This document shows, in pieces, positions 35,713-45,701 of a DNA stretch of 64,000 nt. Source of the stretch: Caulobacter sp. (GTDB lineage: Bacteria > Pseudomonadota > Alphaproteobacteria > Caulobacterales > Caulobacteraceae); assembly GCA_044239675.1 (NCBI GenBank), contig JBIIAX010000005.1, positions 125,024-189,023 on the forward strand. The letters are read 5' to 3'. Both the position numbers and the translations under genes were made by a program. The notes below the pieces were generated by a model. The model was not told where the DNA came from. It searched no databases and was given only the letters and a program-made list of their open reading frames with translations. Each line of letters begins with the position of its first letter. Position 1 is the stretch's first letter.

Positions 35713-36935
35713 CGGACGCCAGGCGACCCTATTTCTACGGTCTCGACCTCGTCCGCTTCGCGGCCGCCGCCATGGTGGCTGTGTTTCACCTTGGCTATCG
35801 AAGCTGGTCGGCGCCCCATTCGACCGGCGGCAAGATCCTGCAGTCGGACGTCGTCAGCTATCCCTCCCTGACCGCCTTCGCCTGGTTCGGCTGGATCGGG
35901 GTGGAAATCTTCTTCGTCATCTCCGGCTTCGTCATCGTCGGCTCGGCCAACAACACCAGCCCGATCAGCTTCCTCAAGGGGCGGGTTTCGCGGCTGTACC
36001 CGGCCGCCTGGGTCTGCGCCTGTATCTCGGCGGCCGTGCTCTTCGCCTATTCCATCTATCCCGCGCCCGAGCTGATGCACCGGCTGGCGGGGTCGCTCAG
36101 CCTCTGGGTCGGGGGGCCCTGGATCGATGGGGTCTACTGGACCCTGGCTGTTGAGATCATCTTCTACGCCCTGATCTTCCTGGTGCTGCTGACCGGACAA
36201 TTTTCTCGCGTCCGGTTGATCGCACTTGGCCTGACGCTGTGGAGCGCAGCCTACGTCCTGCCGCGACTGCTGATCGATCTGGGCCTGGTGGCCGCGCCGG
36301 GACTGAATCTTTGGACTCCCAAGAGCGACCTGCTGCTGCTGCGTCACGGAGCGTTGTTTGGGGCCGGCATCTGGATCTGGGTTCTTGCCCGGAGCCGGCT
36401 GAGCCCCGCCGGCTGGCTGGCCCTGGGGTTCGCGGTCATCGTCTCCTGCGGAGAGGTTCTGCTGCGCACCATCGAGATCAGGGGCGCGAGCGCCGCCGCC
36501 CAGGCCGTGGCGCCGGTGGCGACCCTACTGGTGGGTATCGCTATCATCATCATCTCAAGCCGTTTCGCCGCGCGGCTCAATCCGGCCAGCCCGCGGACCC
36601 AGGCCTTCATCCGGCGCCTGGGGTTGATGACCTATCCCCTCTATCTGCTGCATGAGGTGTCCGGGCCGGCGTTGATCCGTCTGCTGACCGATCTGGGCCT
36701 GCCGTCCTGGCCGGCGCTGTTCGCCAGCTTCGCCCTGGTGGTGGCCGCCAGCTGGATCGTCGCCCGCTTCATCGAACCCCCGCTGAAACGCGCCATGCTG
36801 GGCGTGCTGGGAAGAGGCGAGACCGCCCTGCCCCGCCGCCCCTTCCCGATGGGCCTGCTGTTCCGGTCCGGCGGCGACGCCGACCCGGCGCCCGCGGTCG
36901 TCCCTGCCCCCGCCCGGGCGGAGGCCCTCTCATGA
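35709..36935 (+). CDS. Acyltransferase-3 family protein
   Basis: GLDLVRF, GWIGVEIFFVISGFVI, RVSRLYP, YWTLAVEIIFY and TYPLYLLH motifs. Confidence 0.88.
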   Translation: MTDARRPYFYGLDLVRFAAAAMVAVFHLGYRSWSAPHSTGGKILQSDVVSYPSLTAFAWFGWIGVEIFFVISGFVIVGSANNTSPISFLKGRVSRLYPAAWVCACISAAVLFAYSIYPAPELMHRLAGSLSLWVGGPWIDGVYWTLAVEIIFYALIFLVLLTGQFSRVRLIALGLTLWSAAYVLPRLLIDLGLVAAPGLNLWTPKSDLLLLRHGALFGAGIWIWVLARSRLSPAGWLALGFAVIVSCGEVLLRTIEIRGASAAAQAVAPVATLLVGIAIIIISSRFAARLNPASPRTQAFIRRLGLMTYPLYLLHEVSGPALIRLLTDLGLPSWPALFASFALVVAASWIVARFIEPPLKRAMLGVLGRGETALPRRPFPMGLLFRSGGDADPAPAVVPAPARAEALS

Positions 36936-38047
36936 CCGACGTTCGCACCACGGCCAGCCGCGGCGCCCTGCCCGTCATCCAGGACCTGCGGGGCTTTGCC
37001 GCCGTGCTGGTGCTGATGTCTCACGCCCTGCTGCAGTACAACATCCTGATCGGGCCCGGCGGCCGGCCCCTGACGCAGATCTTCGACGGCTCGTTCGGCG
37101 TCGACGTCTTCTTCGTGATCAGCGGCTTCATCATGTACTATATCAGCCACGACAAATTCGCCCGGCCTCGCGCGCCTGGCGACTTCCTGCTGCGCCGGCT
37201 GATCCGCATCGTGCCCCTCTACTGGATCGCCACGGCGCTTCAGGCGCGCCACCAGCTGGCGGCCGGCAATGTCAGCTGGGGCGAAGTGATCCAGTCCTTC
37301 CTGTTCATTCCCTATGACTTCCACGACGGGAAATTTCGGCCGGTCCTGGCGGTTGGCTGGTCGCTGAACTACGAGATGCTGTTCTACGCCATCTTCTTTG
37401 TCGCCCTTTTCCTCAAGCGGCGGCTGGCGATCGGCGTGATCTTCGGCAGCCTGGCCCTGCTGGTGATCGCCGGCATGTTCAATCCGCAGAATTCGGCGCT
37501 GATCGCCTGGACCCGTCCGGTGATCCTGCAGTTCGCCCTGGGCGCCCTGATCGGCATGTTGGCTCTGTCGAAGCCGGCGGCTGCAATAGGCGCATGGCTG
37601 AAGCGACCCCTGCTGCTGATCGTCGGGTTACTGGTGCTGGAGGCCATCTATTTCGTCACCCTGCACCCCGACACCGAAGCAACCCTGGGCTGGCGGCCGG
37701 TGCAGTGGTCTATCGCTGGACTGATCGTTTGCGTCGCGGTCCTGACCCCAAGCCCGCGAGGGGGTCTGGTCCATACGGTGACCCAGAAGCTGGGTGACGC
37801 CTCCTACAGCATCTATCTGTTCCACACGATCCTGCTGAGCATGCTGGCCAACGTCTGGGAGGCCGCCCGGCTGCCGACCACGATATACATCCCGATCGCA
37901 ATCCTGGCGTGCTGCCTGGTCGGAGTGATCATCCACGAACTGGTCGAGCGGCCCCTGCTCCTGCTGCTCAACGAGCGGCGCATCGGGGTGCCGATTCTCG
38001 GCTGGACCCTGTGGAGCCCGAAGAAGGCGCGTGACAATGTGGGGTAG
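36932..38047 (+). CDS. Acyltransferase-3 family protein, ExoZ-like
   Basis: IQDLRGFAA, GVDVFFVISGFIM, RRLIRIVPLYW, GWSLNYEMLFY and LGDASYSIYLFH motifs. Confidence 0.88.
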   Translation: MTDVRTTASRGALPVIQDLRGFAAVLVLMSHALLQYNILIGPGGRPLTQIFDGSFGVDVFFVISGFIMYYISHDKFARPRAPGDFLLRRLIRIVPLYWIATALQARHQLAAGNVSWGEVIQSFLFIPYDFHDGKFRPVLAVGWSLNYEMLFYAIFFVALFLKRRLAIGVIFGSLALLVIAGMFNPQNSALIAWTRPVILQFALGALIGMLALSKPAAAIGAWLKRPLLLIVGLLVLEAIYFVTLHPDTEATLGWRPVQWSIAGLIVCVAVLTPSPRGGLVHTVTQKLGDASYSIYLFHTILLSMLANVWEAARLPTTIYIPIAILACCLVGVIIHELVERPLLLLLNERRIGVPILGWTLWSPKKARDNVG

Positions 38048-38155
38048 CCTCAAGCCGCGCGCCGTTGCATCAAGAGCGGACGCAGCGTCCTTGGACACGA
38101 CCGTCGCCGACGATTGCTCCCAGTCGGCTACGCCGAACAAGATGGCCAGAGTCCC

Positions 38156-39553
38156 ATGAACCTACCGATCGCCGTATTCGGACTGTATCTCGCCCTCTGC
38201 CTTGGCCTCTACGTCTACTACCGGCGGGGCCTGTTCTTCGTCTATCCGATTACCCTGATCATTCTGCCGACCCTGCGGCTGAATCTCGGCTTTCCGCTGT
38301 ACCTGTTCGATGTAAGCGGCGGGCTGATCCTGGCGGCGGCCGTTCAGGCTGGGGGCTGGCGGGCATGGCCGCGCGGCGTCCTGCCCTGGCATTTCATCTT
38401 CGCCGGCTTCCTGGTCTTTGCGGGCATCATCGTGCCGATGTTCCGCTACGGATTCTCGTTGCAGAGCGTCTGGATCAGCGGCCACGCCTCGCTTTCGTTC
38501 ATGCAGATCTTCACGGCCGCCGCCCTGGTCAATGTTCCCTCGCTGGCGCCGTCCCGCAAATTCCTCATCTGGGGGATTGTGGCGGGCCTCGCGGCGCTCG
38601 GCATCGTTCTCTGGCTGCAGTTTGGCAGTCCGGGGATGTCGCGCGCCATCAACGGCTTCTTCTATCGGGATCAGGCCACCAGCTTCAACATGACCGAATT
38701 CGGGGCCGCGATCACGGCGCAGCGCTCGGCCGGCCCCTTCTTCAATCCCAACAGCGCCGGGGTGGTCGCCGTGCTGGCGGCCTATGTGGCCTGGCTGCTG
38801 GGATCGCGAAAGATGACCTTCGCGGCCTTCGCCCTGGCCGCGGCCTGCGTCATCCCGACGGTGTCCAGGCAGGCCATGCTGGCCCTGGCCCTGGCCCTCT
38901 CCGTCAGCCTGATCGCCGGGGATCCGAAGCGACGGATTGTCGGAATTGCGCTCCTGGCCCTCGTTCCTCTGGTCGCTCCGCTTGCGACGATGATCCCAGC
39001 CCTGGCTCCCGCTTTCGAACGCTTCGGGCGCTGGCAGGGTGGAGCCCTGGAGGACAACAACGTCAGCGGCCGCTTGATCGACGGGCCGATCCGCCTGTGG
39101 AATCTGATCGTCGAAAAGCCCGACACCGCGGTGGTCGGCGCGGGCTGGGACGTGATCAAGTTGATGAACCAGGGCCTCGACGTGGGCATCTATTCCACCG
39201 GCTTCGTCTCAAACTCGTTCCTGCTCTGGCTCTACTACGGCGGGATCGGCGGCTTCATCCTGATCCTGGTGTTCTTTGGGCAGATGCTCCGGGCATCTAT
39301 CCAGTCGCGGGGATTGCTGAAGGCCAAGGCCGTGGCCATCACCGTGGCCATCATGTTCCTCTATTTTTCGGACAACGGCGGCATCCTCATCGAGGCCTAT
39401 ATTGCGCCAATCTCCATTGCGGCCGGCCTGATCTTCGCTTTTCAGGTGCGCCAGGAGGCCCTCGCCAGACAGATGCAGCGCCGACCGCCGGGTGTTCTGC
39501 CTGTCGAAAGCTGGATTCCCGAGGCCAGTCCCGCCGCGCGGCTTGAGCGGTGA
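38156..39553 (+). CDS. Wzy/O-antigen ligase family membrane protein, probable repeat-unit polymerase
   Basis: Multi-pass; RSAGPFFNPNSAG, TVSRQA, NVSGRL and SNSFLLWLYYGGIGG fit Wzy_C-type motifs; lies among the GT genes. Confidence 0.7.
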   Translation: MNLPIAVFGLYLALCLGLYVYYRRGLFFVYPITLIILPTLRLNLGFPLYLFDVSGGLILAAAVQAGGWRAWPRGVLPWHFIFAGFLVFAGIIVPMFRYGFSLQSVWISGHASLSFMQIFTAAALVNVPSLAPSRKFLIWGIVAGLAALGIVLWLQFGSPGMSRAINGFFYRDQATSFNMTEFGAAITAQRSAGPFFNPNSAGVVAVLAAYVAWLLGSRKMTFAAFALAAACVIPTVSRQAMLALALALSVSLIAGDPKRRIVGIALLALVPLVAPLATMIPALAPAFERFGRWQGGALEDNNVSGRLIDGPIRLWNLIVEKPDTAVVGAGWDVIKLMNQGLDVGIYSTGFVSNSFLLWLYYGGIGGFILILVFFGQMLRASIQSRGLLKAKAVAITVAIMFLYFSDNGGILIEAYIAPISIAAGLIFAFQVRQEALARQMQRRPPGVLPVESWIPEASPAARLER

Positions 39554-39599
39554 GCTCGTCCGGAATGCCCCCGAAGGCCACGGTCGGAGCCGCCGACTG

Positions 39600-40718
39600 A
39601 TGCGTGTCGCCTATGTCACCGACAGCTTCGCCAAGCGCGAACGGTTCGGCCTCAGCCGCGTGTCGCATGAACTGCGCGAGGCGCTGGTCCGGCTTGGGGT
39701 CGAGATCCTGCCGGTTTCGGCCAACAGTGACTTTCCGGAGAACCCGCCGGCATGGCTGACCGACGCCGGCTTCCGAAAGCTGCCGATCAAGAGGAAGTAC
39801 CTGGCCCCGCTTTGGTCCTATCTGCCCGAACCTCGCGTCGAGCGCTGGACCGGTCCGGTGGACGTCGTCCACAGCGTCGATACCGACTACGCCGTCGCCA
39901 CCGGTCGGCCCTGGGTGCTGACCATCCATGACATCGGGGTGCTGGAGCATCCCGAGTTCTTCGGCCAGGCTCACCCTTGGCTGCTCAAGCGAATGCTGGC
40001 CCAGGCCGTAAACCGGGCTGCGGCTGTGATGTGCATTTCCGAGACCACCGCCAACGCCGTGCGCGGCGTCGTCGGATCCGCCTTGGATGGCCGGATGCGC
40101 GTCATTCCTCTGGGCCTGCCCGCCGACCAGTTCGAACCGCCGGCCGCTGACGCCCTGGCCGACATGACCGGGATGCCGCCGGCTGGGGAGCCGTTCCTGC
40201 TGTTCACCGGCTCGATGAACCCGCGCAAGAACCTGCCCCGGGTGATCCGTGCGTTCGCCAAGGCCGCCGACCGTATTCCCCATCACCTGGTGCTGGCAGG
40301 CAGCCTGGGCTGGGACTTCAAGGCGGTGGAAGAAGAGATCGCCGGCTCACCGATCGCCGGCCGGATCCATCGGCCGGGCTATGTTACCGACGCCCAACTC
40401 AAGGGGCTCTACGCGGCCGCCGACGGCTACATCTACGTCTCCCTCTATGAGGGGTTCGGGCTGCCGATCATCGAGGCCATGTCGCAAGGCTGTCCGGTCC
40501 TGACGTCCGACCAGTCATCGATGCCCGATGTCGCGGGCGGCGCCGCCCTTCTGGTCGATCCGGAGGATCAGGACGCCATCGCCGAAAAAATCATCGCCTT
40601 GGCAAAAAGCGGTCGTGGCGATGCTGCGCGCATCGCCAGCGGCCTTGCCCGGGCACAGAGTTTCAGTTGGACACAGACCGCCGGGCAGGTTCTGGAAGTC
40701 TATCGCGCGGTAAGCTAA
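39600..40718 (+). CDS. GT4 glycosyltransferase (WbaZ/WbdB-like)
   Basis: LTIHDI, CISETTA, GSMNPRKN and SLYEGFGLPIIEAM motifs. Confidence 0.9.
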   Translation: MRVAYVTDSFAKRERFGLSRVSHELREALVRLGVEILPVSANSDFPENPPAWLTDAGFRKLPIKRKYLAPLWSYLPEPRVERWTGPVDVVHSVDTDYAVATGRPWVLTIHDIGVLEHPEFFGQAHPWLLKRMLAQAVNRAAAVMCISETTANAVRGVVGSALDGRMRVIPLGLPADQFEPPAADALADMTGMPPAGEPFLLFTGSMNPRKNLPRVIRAFAKAADRIPHHLVLAGSLGWDFKAVEEEIAGSPIAGRIHRPGYVTDAQLKGLYAAADGYIYVSLYEGFGLPIIEAMSQGCPVLTSDQSSMPDVAGGAALLVDPEDQDAIAEKIIALAKSGRGDAARIASGLARAQSFSWTQTAGQVLEVYRAVS

Positions 40719-40749
40719 TGGCGGTCTCGGGGGTCTTCAAAGAGCGCGC

Positions 40750-41994
40750 ATGATTGACACTGTCGTCGTCGTCAATGACCGCGCCTTTCCAGGCGGCGGA
40801 GCGTCCACGGTGGCGCTGGAATCGGCCAAGGGACTGGCCGGTCGGGGCCTGGACGTCACCTTGTTCGCCGCCATGGGGCCCGCCGATCCGGCCCTTGAAG
40901 CAGCGGGCGTCAAGGTCGAGTTGCTCGGCCAGGCGGACCTGGCCACCGGGGGGCGCATCGCTATGGCGGCCCAGGGGTTGTGGAACACCGCCGCCGCCAA
41001 ACGCCTGCAAGAGCTTCTGGCGACCCAGCCGGCGGGCCGCACGGTCGTCCACATCCACAGCTGGTCAAAGTCCCTGTCGGCCAGCGTCTTCGCCGCCGCC
41101 CGCAAGTCGGGCCATCCGACCGTGGCGACCCTGCACGACTACGGCTTCGTCTGTCCCAACGCCGCCCTGCACGACTTCCCGACCGGCAAGCCCTGTCAGC
41201 TGAAGCCCATGTCGGTCGCCTGCCTGACGCGCAACTGCGACTCCCGCAAATATGTCCACAAGCTGTGGCGGGTGGCGCGGCAGGTATCCTTGGATCACAT
41301 CGCCCGCGCCGCCAGCGGCCTTGACGCCGCCATCTGCGTCACCGAGTTCGCGCGGGAGGTCTATGCGCCCCATCTGCCCCGCTCGCTGCGCACCGAGGTG
41401 GTCCCCAACCCGATCGCAGTCAAGGATCAGGGCCCGGCCGATCCTGCCGGCCAGAACCGGTTCGTCTATGCCGGCCGCCTGTCGCGGGAAAAAGGTGTTC
41501 TGCTGCTGGCTGAGGCCGCCAAGCGGGCCGCCGTGCCGCTGACCGTTGTCGGCGACGGCGAACTGGCCGAAGCGGTGCTGGCGATCAATCCTCAAATCGA
41601 GATCACCGGCTGGGTCGCCCGAGAGGCGGTCACGCAAAACATGCGCCTGGCCCGCGCCGTGGTCCTGCCGGCCGAGTGGCGCGAGACGCAGGGGATGGTC
41701 GTGCCCGAAGCTTTCGGCAACGGCATACCCTGTATCGCCAGCACCGGCACCGCGCCGGGCTCCGCCGTCGAGGACCGGATGACCGGCCGACTGTTCGAGA
41801 ACGGCGACGTCGAATCCCTGACCTGCGCCCTTCGCGATCTGGCGCGGGACGACGAGGCCGTGCGGACCATGGGCCGGACCGCCTATGATCGATATTGGGC
41901 GGCCCCGCCCACTCTGGACCTTCACCTGGACCAGCTCATTGATCTCTATGGGTCGGTTCTCGCCGACCGCTCAGACCCCCGGCGAGCCGCCTGA
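40750..41994 (+). CDS. GT4 glycosyltransferase with Cys-rich insert
   Basis: VATLHDYGFVCPN, YAGRLSREKG and ETQGMVVPEAF motifs. Confidence 0.88.
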   Translation: MIDTVVVVNDRAFPGGGASTVALESAKGLAGRGLDVTLFAAMGPADPALEAAGVKVELLGQADLATGGRIAMAAQGLWNTAAAKRLQELLATQPAGRTVVHIHSWSKSLSASVFAAARKSGHPTVATLHDYGFVCPNAALHDFPTGKPCQLKPMSVACLTRNCDSRKYVHKLWRVARQVSLDHIARAASGLDAAICVTEFAREVYAPHLPRSLRTEVVPNPIAVKDQGPADPAGQNRFVYAGRLSREKGVLLLAEAAKRAAVPLTVVGDGELAEAVLAINPQIEITGWVAREAVTQNMRLARAVVLPAEWRETQGMVVPEAFGNGIPCIASTGTAPGSAVEDRMTGRLFENGDVESLTCALRDLARDDEAVRTMGRTAYDRYWAAPPTLDLHLDQLIDLYGSVLADRSDPRRAA

Positions 41995-41997
41995 CCC

Positions 41998-43488
41998 ATG
42001 CTGTTCAACTCCCCCATCTTCCTGTTCGCCTTCCTGCCGATCTCGGTGTTTGGCTACTATCTGGTGGCCAGGCTATGGGGCGGCGTCGCGGCCCGCGTCT
42101 GGCTGGTCGGCTGTTCGCTGTTCTTCTACGCCTGGGCCGTGCCGCAGTACGCGGCCCTGCTGATCGGCTCGATCCTGTTCAACTTCGTGGCCGGGCGGGT
42201 GATCGAGCGGGCGGAGACACGGCGAAAGACCCTGCTGACGGTCGGCATCGCCGCCAACCTGCTGACCATCGGCTATTTCAAATACGCCAACTTCTTCGTC
42301 CAGACGGTGTCGCAGTCGTTCGGGCTGAACGCCCCGATCCTGCACATCATCCTGCCCCTGGCGATCTCCTTCTTCACCTTCCAGCAGATCGCCTATCTGG
42401 TGAACGCCTATCGGCGCAATTCCACCAACCCCAACCTGCTCGACTACGCCTGTTTCATCACCTTCTTCCCGCATCTGATCGCCGGCCCCATCGTCCAGCA
42501 CAGCGACATCCTTCCTCAGTTCCGCGACGAGAAGATCTACAGGCTGGACCTCGGCCGGCTGGCCTCCGGCTTGACCATCTTCCTGCTGGGCTTGGCCAAG
42601 AAGGTGATCCTGGCGGATGAGTTCGGCAACTATGCCAACATCGCCTTCGACGGGGTGACGCGCGGCGCGCACCTGTCGCTGTACGAGGCCTGGGGGGGCG
42701 CGCTGGCCTACACATTCCAGCTCTATTTCGACTTTTCCGGATATTCGGACATGGCCATCGGCCTGGGTCTGATGTTCGGCATCATCATGCCGATGAACTT
42801 CAATTCGCCCTACAAGTCCTTGTCGATCATCGAGTTCTGGCGCCGCTGGCACATGACCCTGTCGCGGTTCCTGCGCGAGTTCATCTACATTCCGCTGGGC
42901 GGCAATCGCAAAGGCGACCTGCGCCGCCACCTGAACCTGTTCCTGACCATGCTGATCGGCGGGCTGTGGCACGGCGCCTCCTGGACCTTCGTCGTCTGGG
43001 GCGGGTTCCACGGGGCGATGCTGGTGGTGAACCACGGCTGGAACAGCCTGATGACCCGGCTGGGCCGGCCGGAGGGCAGCAAGCCGATCGGCCTGGGTAT
43101 TCCGGCCCTGATCCTGACCTTCGTCTGCGTCGTCATCGGCTGGGTGATGTTCCGCGCCCCCTCCTGGGAAGTGGCCACCGCCGTCTACCAGGGGATGCTG
43201 GGCCTCAATGGCGCGGTGCTGCCCACCGACCTGGTCGACAAGGCGCCCTTCCTGTCGCTGCTGGGCGAAGCCGGCAAGCTGACCCACTTCAATGACGGCA
43301 CCAACATCGGCTTCCTGCGGATGGTGATCATGCTGGGGATCGGCCTGGGGGTCTGTATGCTGGCCACCAACATCCCGCAGCTCTCCCAGCGGGCCCGCTG
43401 GTGGCTGGTGGTCCTGACCTTCGCCCTGGTCCTGCAGAAGGTGCTCTTCTCCGGCCAGATCTCCCACTTCATCTACTTCCAGTTCTGA
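41998..43488 (+). CDS. MBOAT O-acyltransferase, AlgI/PatA-like
   Basis: MLFNSPIF, LPLAISFFTFQ, FPHLIAGPI, QLYFDFSGYSDMAIG, EFWRRWHMTLS and GLWHGA motifs. Confidence 0.93.
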   Translation: MLFNSPIFLFAFLPISVFGYYLVARLWGGVAARVWLVGCSLFFYAWAVPQYAALLIGSILFNFVAGRVIERAETRRKTLLTVGIAANLLTIGYFKYANFFVQTVSQSFGLNAPILHIILPLAISFFTFQQIAYLVNAYRRNSTNPNLLDYACFITFFPHLIAGPIVQHSDILPQFRDEKIYRLDLGRLASGLTIFLLGLAKKVILADEFGNYANIAFDGVTRGAHLSLYEAWGGALAYTFQLYFDFSGYSDMAIGLGLMFGIIMPMNFNSPYKSLSIIEFWRRWHMTLSRFLREFIYIPLGGNRKGDLRRHLNLFLTMLIGGLWHGASWTFVVWGGFHGAMLVVNHGWNSLMTRLGRPEGSKPIGLGIPALILTFVCVVIGWVMFRAPSWEVATAVYQGMLGLNGAVLPTDLVDKAPFLSLLGEAGKLTHFNDGTNIGFLRMVIMLGIGLGVCMLATNIPQLSQRARWWLVVLTFALVLQKVLFSGQISHFIYFQF

Positions 43489-43496
43489 GGTCGCAG

Positions 43497-44489
43497 ATGA
43501 AAGCGCTGCTCAAGCTGATCGCCGCCGCCGCCCTGTCGCTGGCGCTCTATCTGGTGATCAACGGCTTCGTGCTGGACCGGCCGGTGTCGCTGGGCTCCAT
43601 CGCCCCGATGATCGCCAAGAAGGTGGCCTATGGGGAAAAGGCGCCCGGCCCGAAGCTGGTCATCATCGCCGGCAGCAACGCCCGCACCAGCCACCGTTGC
43701 GCCCTGCTGGAGCAGCGGCTTGGGATGGCCTGCGTCAACGCCGGCAACACGGCGGGCCTGGGCATGGACTACATGCTGCGAAGCTTCGAGCCGATCATCA
43801 AGCCGGGCGACGTGGTCTATCTGCCCATGGAGTACCAGCAGTATGGCGCGACCCGCACCCAGACCCTGACCGGGCCGGACGCCGCCGTTCTGTTCCGTCA
43901 TGACAAGGCGGCGCTGCTGGCGCGAGGACCCGAGGGGGTGATCCGGGCGGCCTTCATGTTCGATCTGTCGACGATCATCGACAGCGGGGTTGAGGCGATC
44001 TTGAATGTCGCGGGCGTTTCCGCGCGGTTCGACGCCAAGGCCTTCGACATCCAGGGCGACGAGCTGGGCCTGACCCACGAGCGCGGCAAGACTTTCGACG
44101 CCTTCATCGCCAGCACGCGCTGGCGGCCGCCGACCGCCGCCCAGTTTCGCGCCGATACCGGGGCCAAGGATGTGATCCGCGATTTCGTCAAACGCAGCCG
44201 CGCGCGCGGGGTGCGGGTCATCGCCGGCCTGCCCGTCAGCTTCCGGGACGTGCCGATCCCCGCTGATCTGCTGGCGGAGATGAGGCGGTTTTATGAGTCG
44301 GCCGGCGCCGAATTCCTGGTCCTGCCCAACGAGAGCCAGTACCCGCGCGACGACTTCTACGACACGCCCTTCCACCTGGAAGAAGGCGCGACCCTGCAGC
44401 ACACCGAGCTTCTGGCACAGGCCCTGGCCGGCCCTCTGAAGCCGGAGAGAGACGCCGCCGCCCGCAACCGCATCGGAAGCCGTCCATGA
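43497..44489 (+). CDS. Periplasmic SGNH-like partner of the MBOAT (AlgJ/DltD-like)
   Basis: N-terminal anchor; AGSN, NAG and DTPFHL (DxxH) blocks; directly downstream of the MBOAT gene. Confidence 0.7.
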   Translation: MKALLKLIAAAALSLALYLVINGFVLDRPVSLGSIAPMIAKKVAYGEKAPGPKLVIIAGSNARTSHRCALLEQRLGMACVNAGNTAGLGMDYMLRSFEPIIKPGDVVYLPMEYQQYGATRTQTLTGPDAAVLFRHDKAALLARGPEGVIRAAFMFDLSTIIDSGVEAILNVAGVSARFDAKAFDIQGDELGLTHERGKTFDAFIASTRWRPPTAAQFRADTGAKDVIRDFVKRSRARGVRVIAGLPVSFRDVPIPADLLAEMRRFYESAGAEFLVLPNESQYPRDDFYDTPFHLEEGATLQHTELLAQALAGPLKPERDAAARNRIGSRP

Positions 44490-45676
44490 GCGTAGCCAGC
44501 CCCACAGGGCCGAAGGTCGCCTTCCTCTGCACCCACAGCTTCACCCTGGCGACCCTATACAAGGGGCTCTTCCCCTATCTGACGTCCAAGGGGTTTGAGG
44601 TTGAGGTGATCACCGGCGACCGGGAATTCGTGGATTTTCCGGAGCAGCATTTCGGCGACTTCCTGCTGCGTATCGTGCCGATGGAGCGGACCCCCTCCCC
44701 GATCAAGGATCTGGTCGGGCTGCTGGCGATGATCCGGCTCTTCTCCAAACAGCATTACGACGTGGTCCACGTCTCCACCCCCAAGGCCAGCCTGCTGGGG
44801 GCCATCGCCGCGCGGCTGACCGGCCAGGGGCCGGTGGTCTTCGTCTATCGCCGGAAGGTCTATGAGCTTTACCAGGGCCCCAAGCGCCGGTTCTACGAAG
44901 CCATCGAGTGGCTGATCTGCAAGCTCAGCGCTATGGTCGTGCCCATCAGTCGCGAGCTGGCCGGCGACCTGGTGCGGGATGTCGGCTGCGACGAGCGCAA
45001 GATCCGCTTCTTCGGTCAGGGGTCGAGCAACGGCATCGACGCCCGGCGCTTCAACCGGACACCGGAATTGGTCGCCGAGGCCGAAGCCCTGCGCGGGGAG
45101 CTGAACATCCCGGCCGAGGCGCCGGTCCTGCTGTTCCTCGGCCGGGTCTGTTCGGAGAAGGGCGTCGATCACCTGCCCGGCGTTCTGGACCGGGTGCGGG
45201 TCGTGGTTCCCGATGTGCAATTGATCGTCGCCGGACCGGACGACGCCCGCGACCCCGGCACGCCCGCCACCCTGGAGCGCTTCGCCACCGATCCCGCGAT
45301 CCGGCGTATCGGCTATGTCAGCCGGCCCGATCCGCTGTTCGCCCTGTGCGACCTGTTCATCTTCCCATCCTTCTTTGAAGGGTTCGGCAATGTACTGCTG
45401 GAAGCCGCCGCCATGGGCCGGCCGTCAGTGGGGTTCGACGTCTCCGGGGTCCGGGAGGCGGTATTGACTGGCCAGACAGGCCTGCTTGGCCCGATGGGAG
45501 ACGAAGCCATGATGGCCGATCATGCCATCGCCCTGCTGACGGACGACGCCGCTCGCGAGAAGATGGGCGCCGCCGCCAGGGCCCGTGTCGAGGCCGGCTT
45601 CACCCGCGAGGCCATCTGGGCCGACATCGAGGCGGCCTTGCGAGAGCTCGCTGACAAGCCCGCCGCCTCACGCTGA
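44486..45676 (+). CDS. GT4 glycosyltransferase, CapM-like
   Basis: VHVSTPKASLLG, GSSNGID, LGRVCSEKG and FFEGFGNVLLEA motifs. Confidence 0.9.
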   Translation: MSVASPTGPKVAFLCTHSFTLATLYKGLFPYLTSKGFEVEVITGDREFVDFPEQHFGDFLLRIVPMERTPSPIKDLVGLLAMIRLFSKQHYDVVHVSTPKASLLGAIAARLTGQGPVVFVYRRKVYELYQGPKRRFYEAIEWLICKLSAMVVPISRELAGDLVRDVGCDERKIRFFGQGSSNGIDARRFNRTPELVAEAEALRGELNIPAEAPVLLFLGRVCSEKGVDHLPGVLDRVRVVVPDVQLIVAGPDDARDPGTPATLERFATDPAIRRIGYVSRPDPLFALCDLFIFPSFFEGFGNVLLEAAAMGRPSVGFDVSGVREAVLTGQTGLLGPMGDEAMMADHAIALLTDDAAREKMGAAARARVEAGFTREAIWADIEAALRELADKPAASR

Positions 45677-45701
45677 GACGGTTCAGGCTTTCGGCGGAGG
45701 G

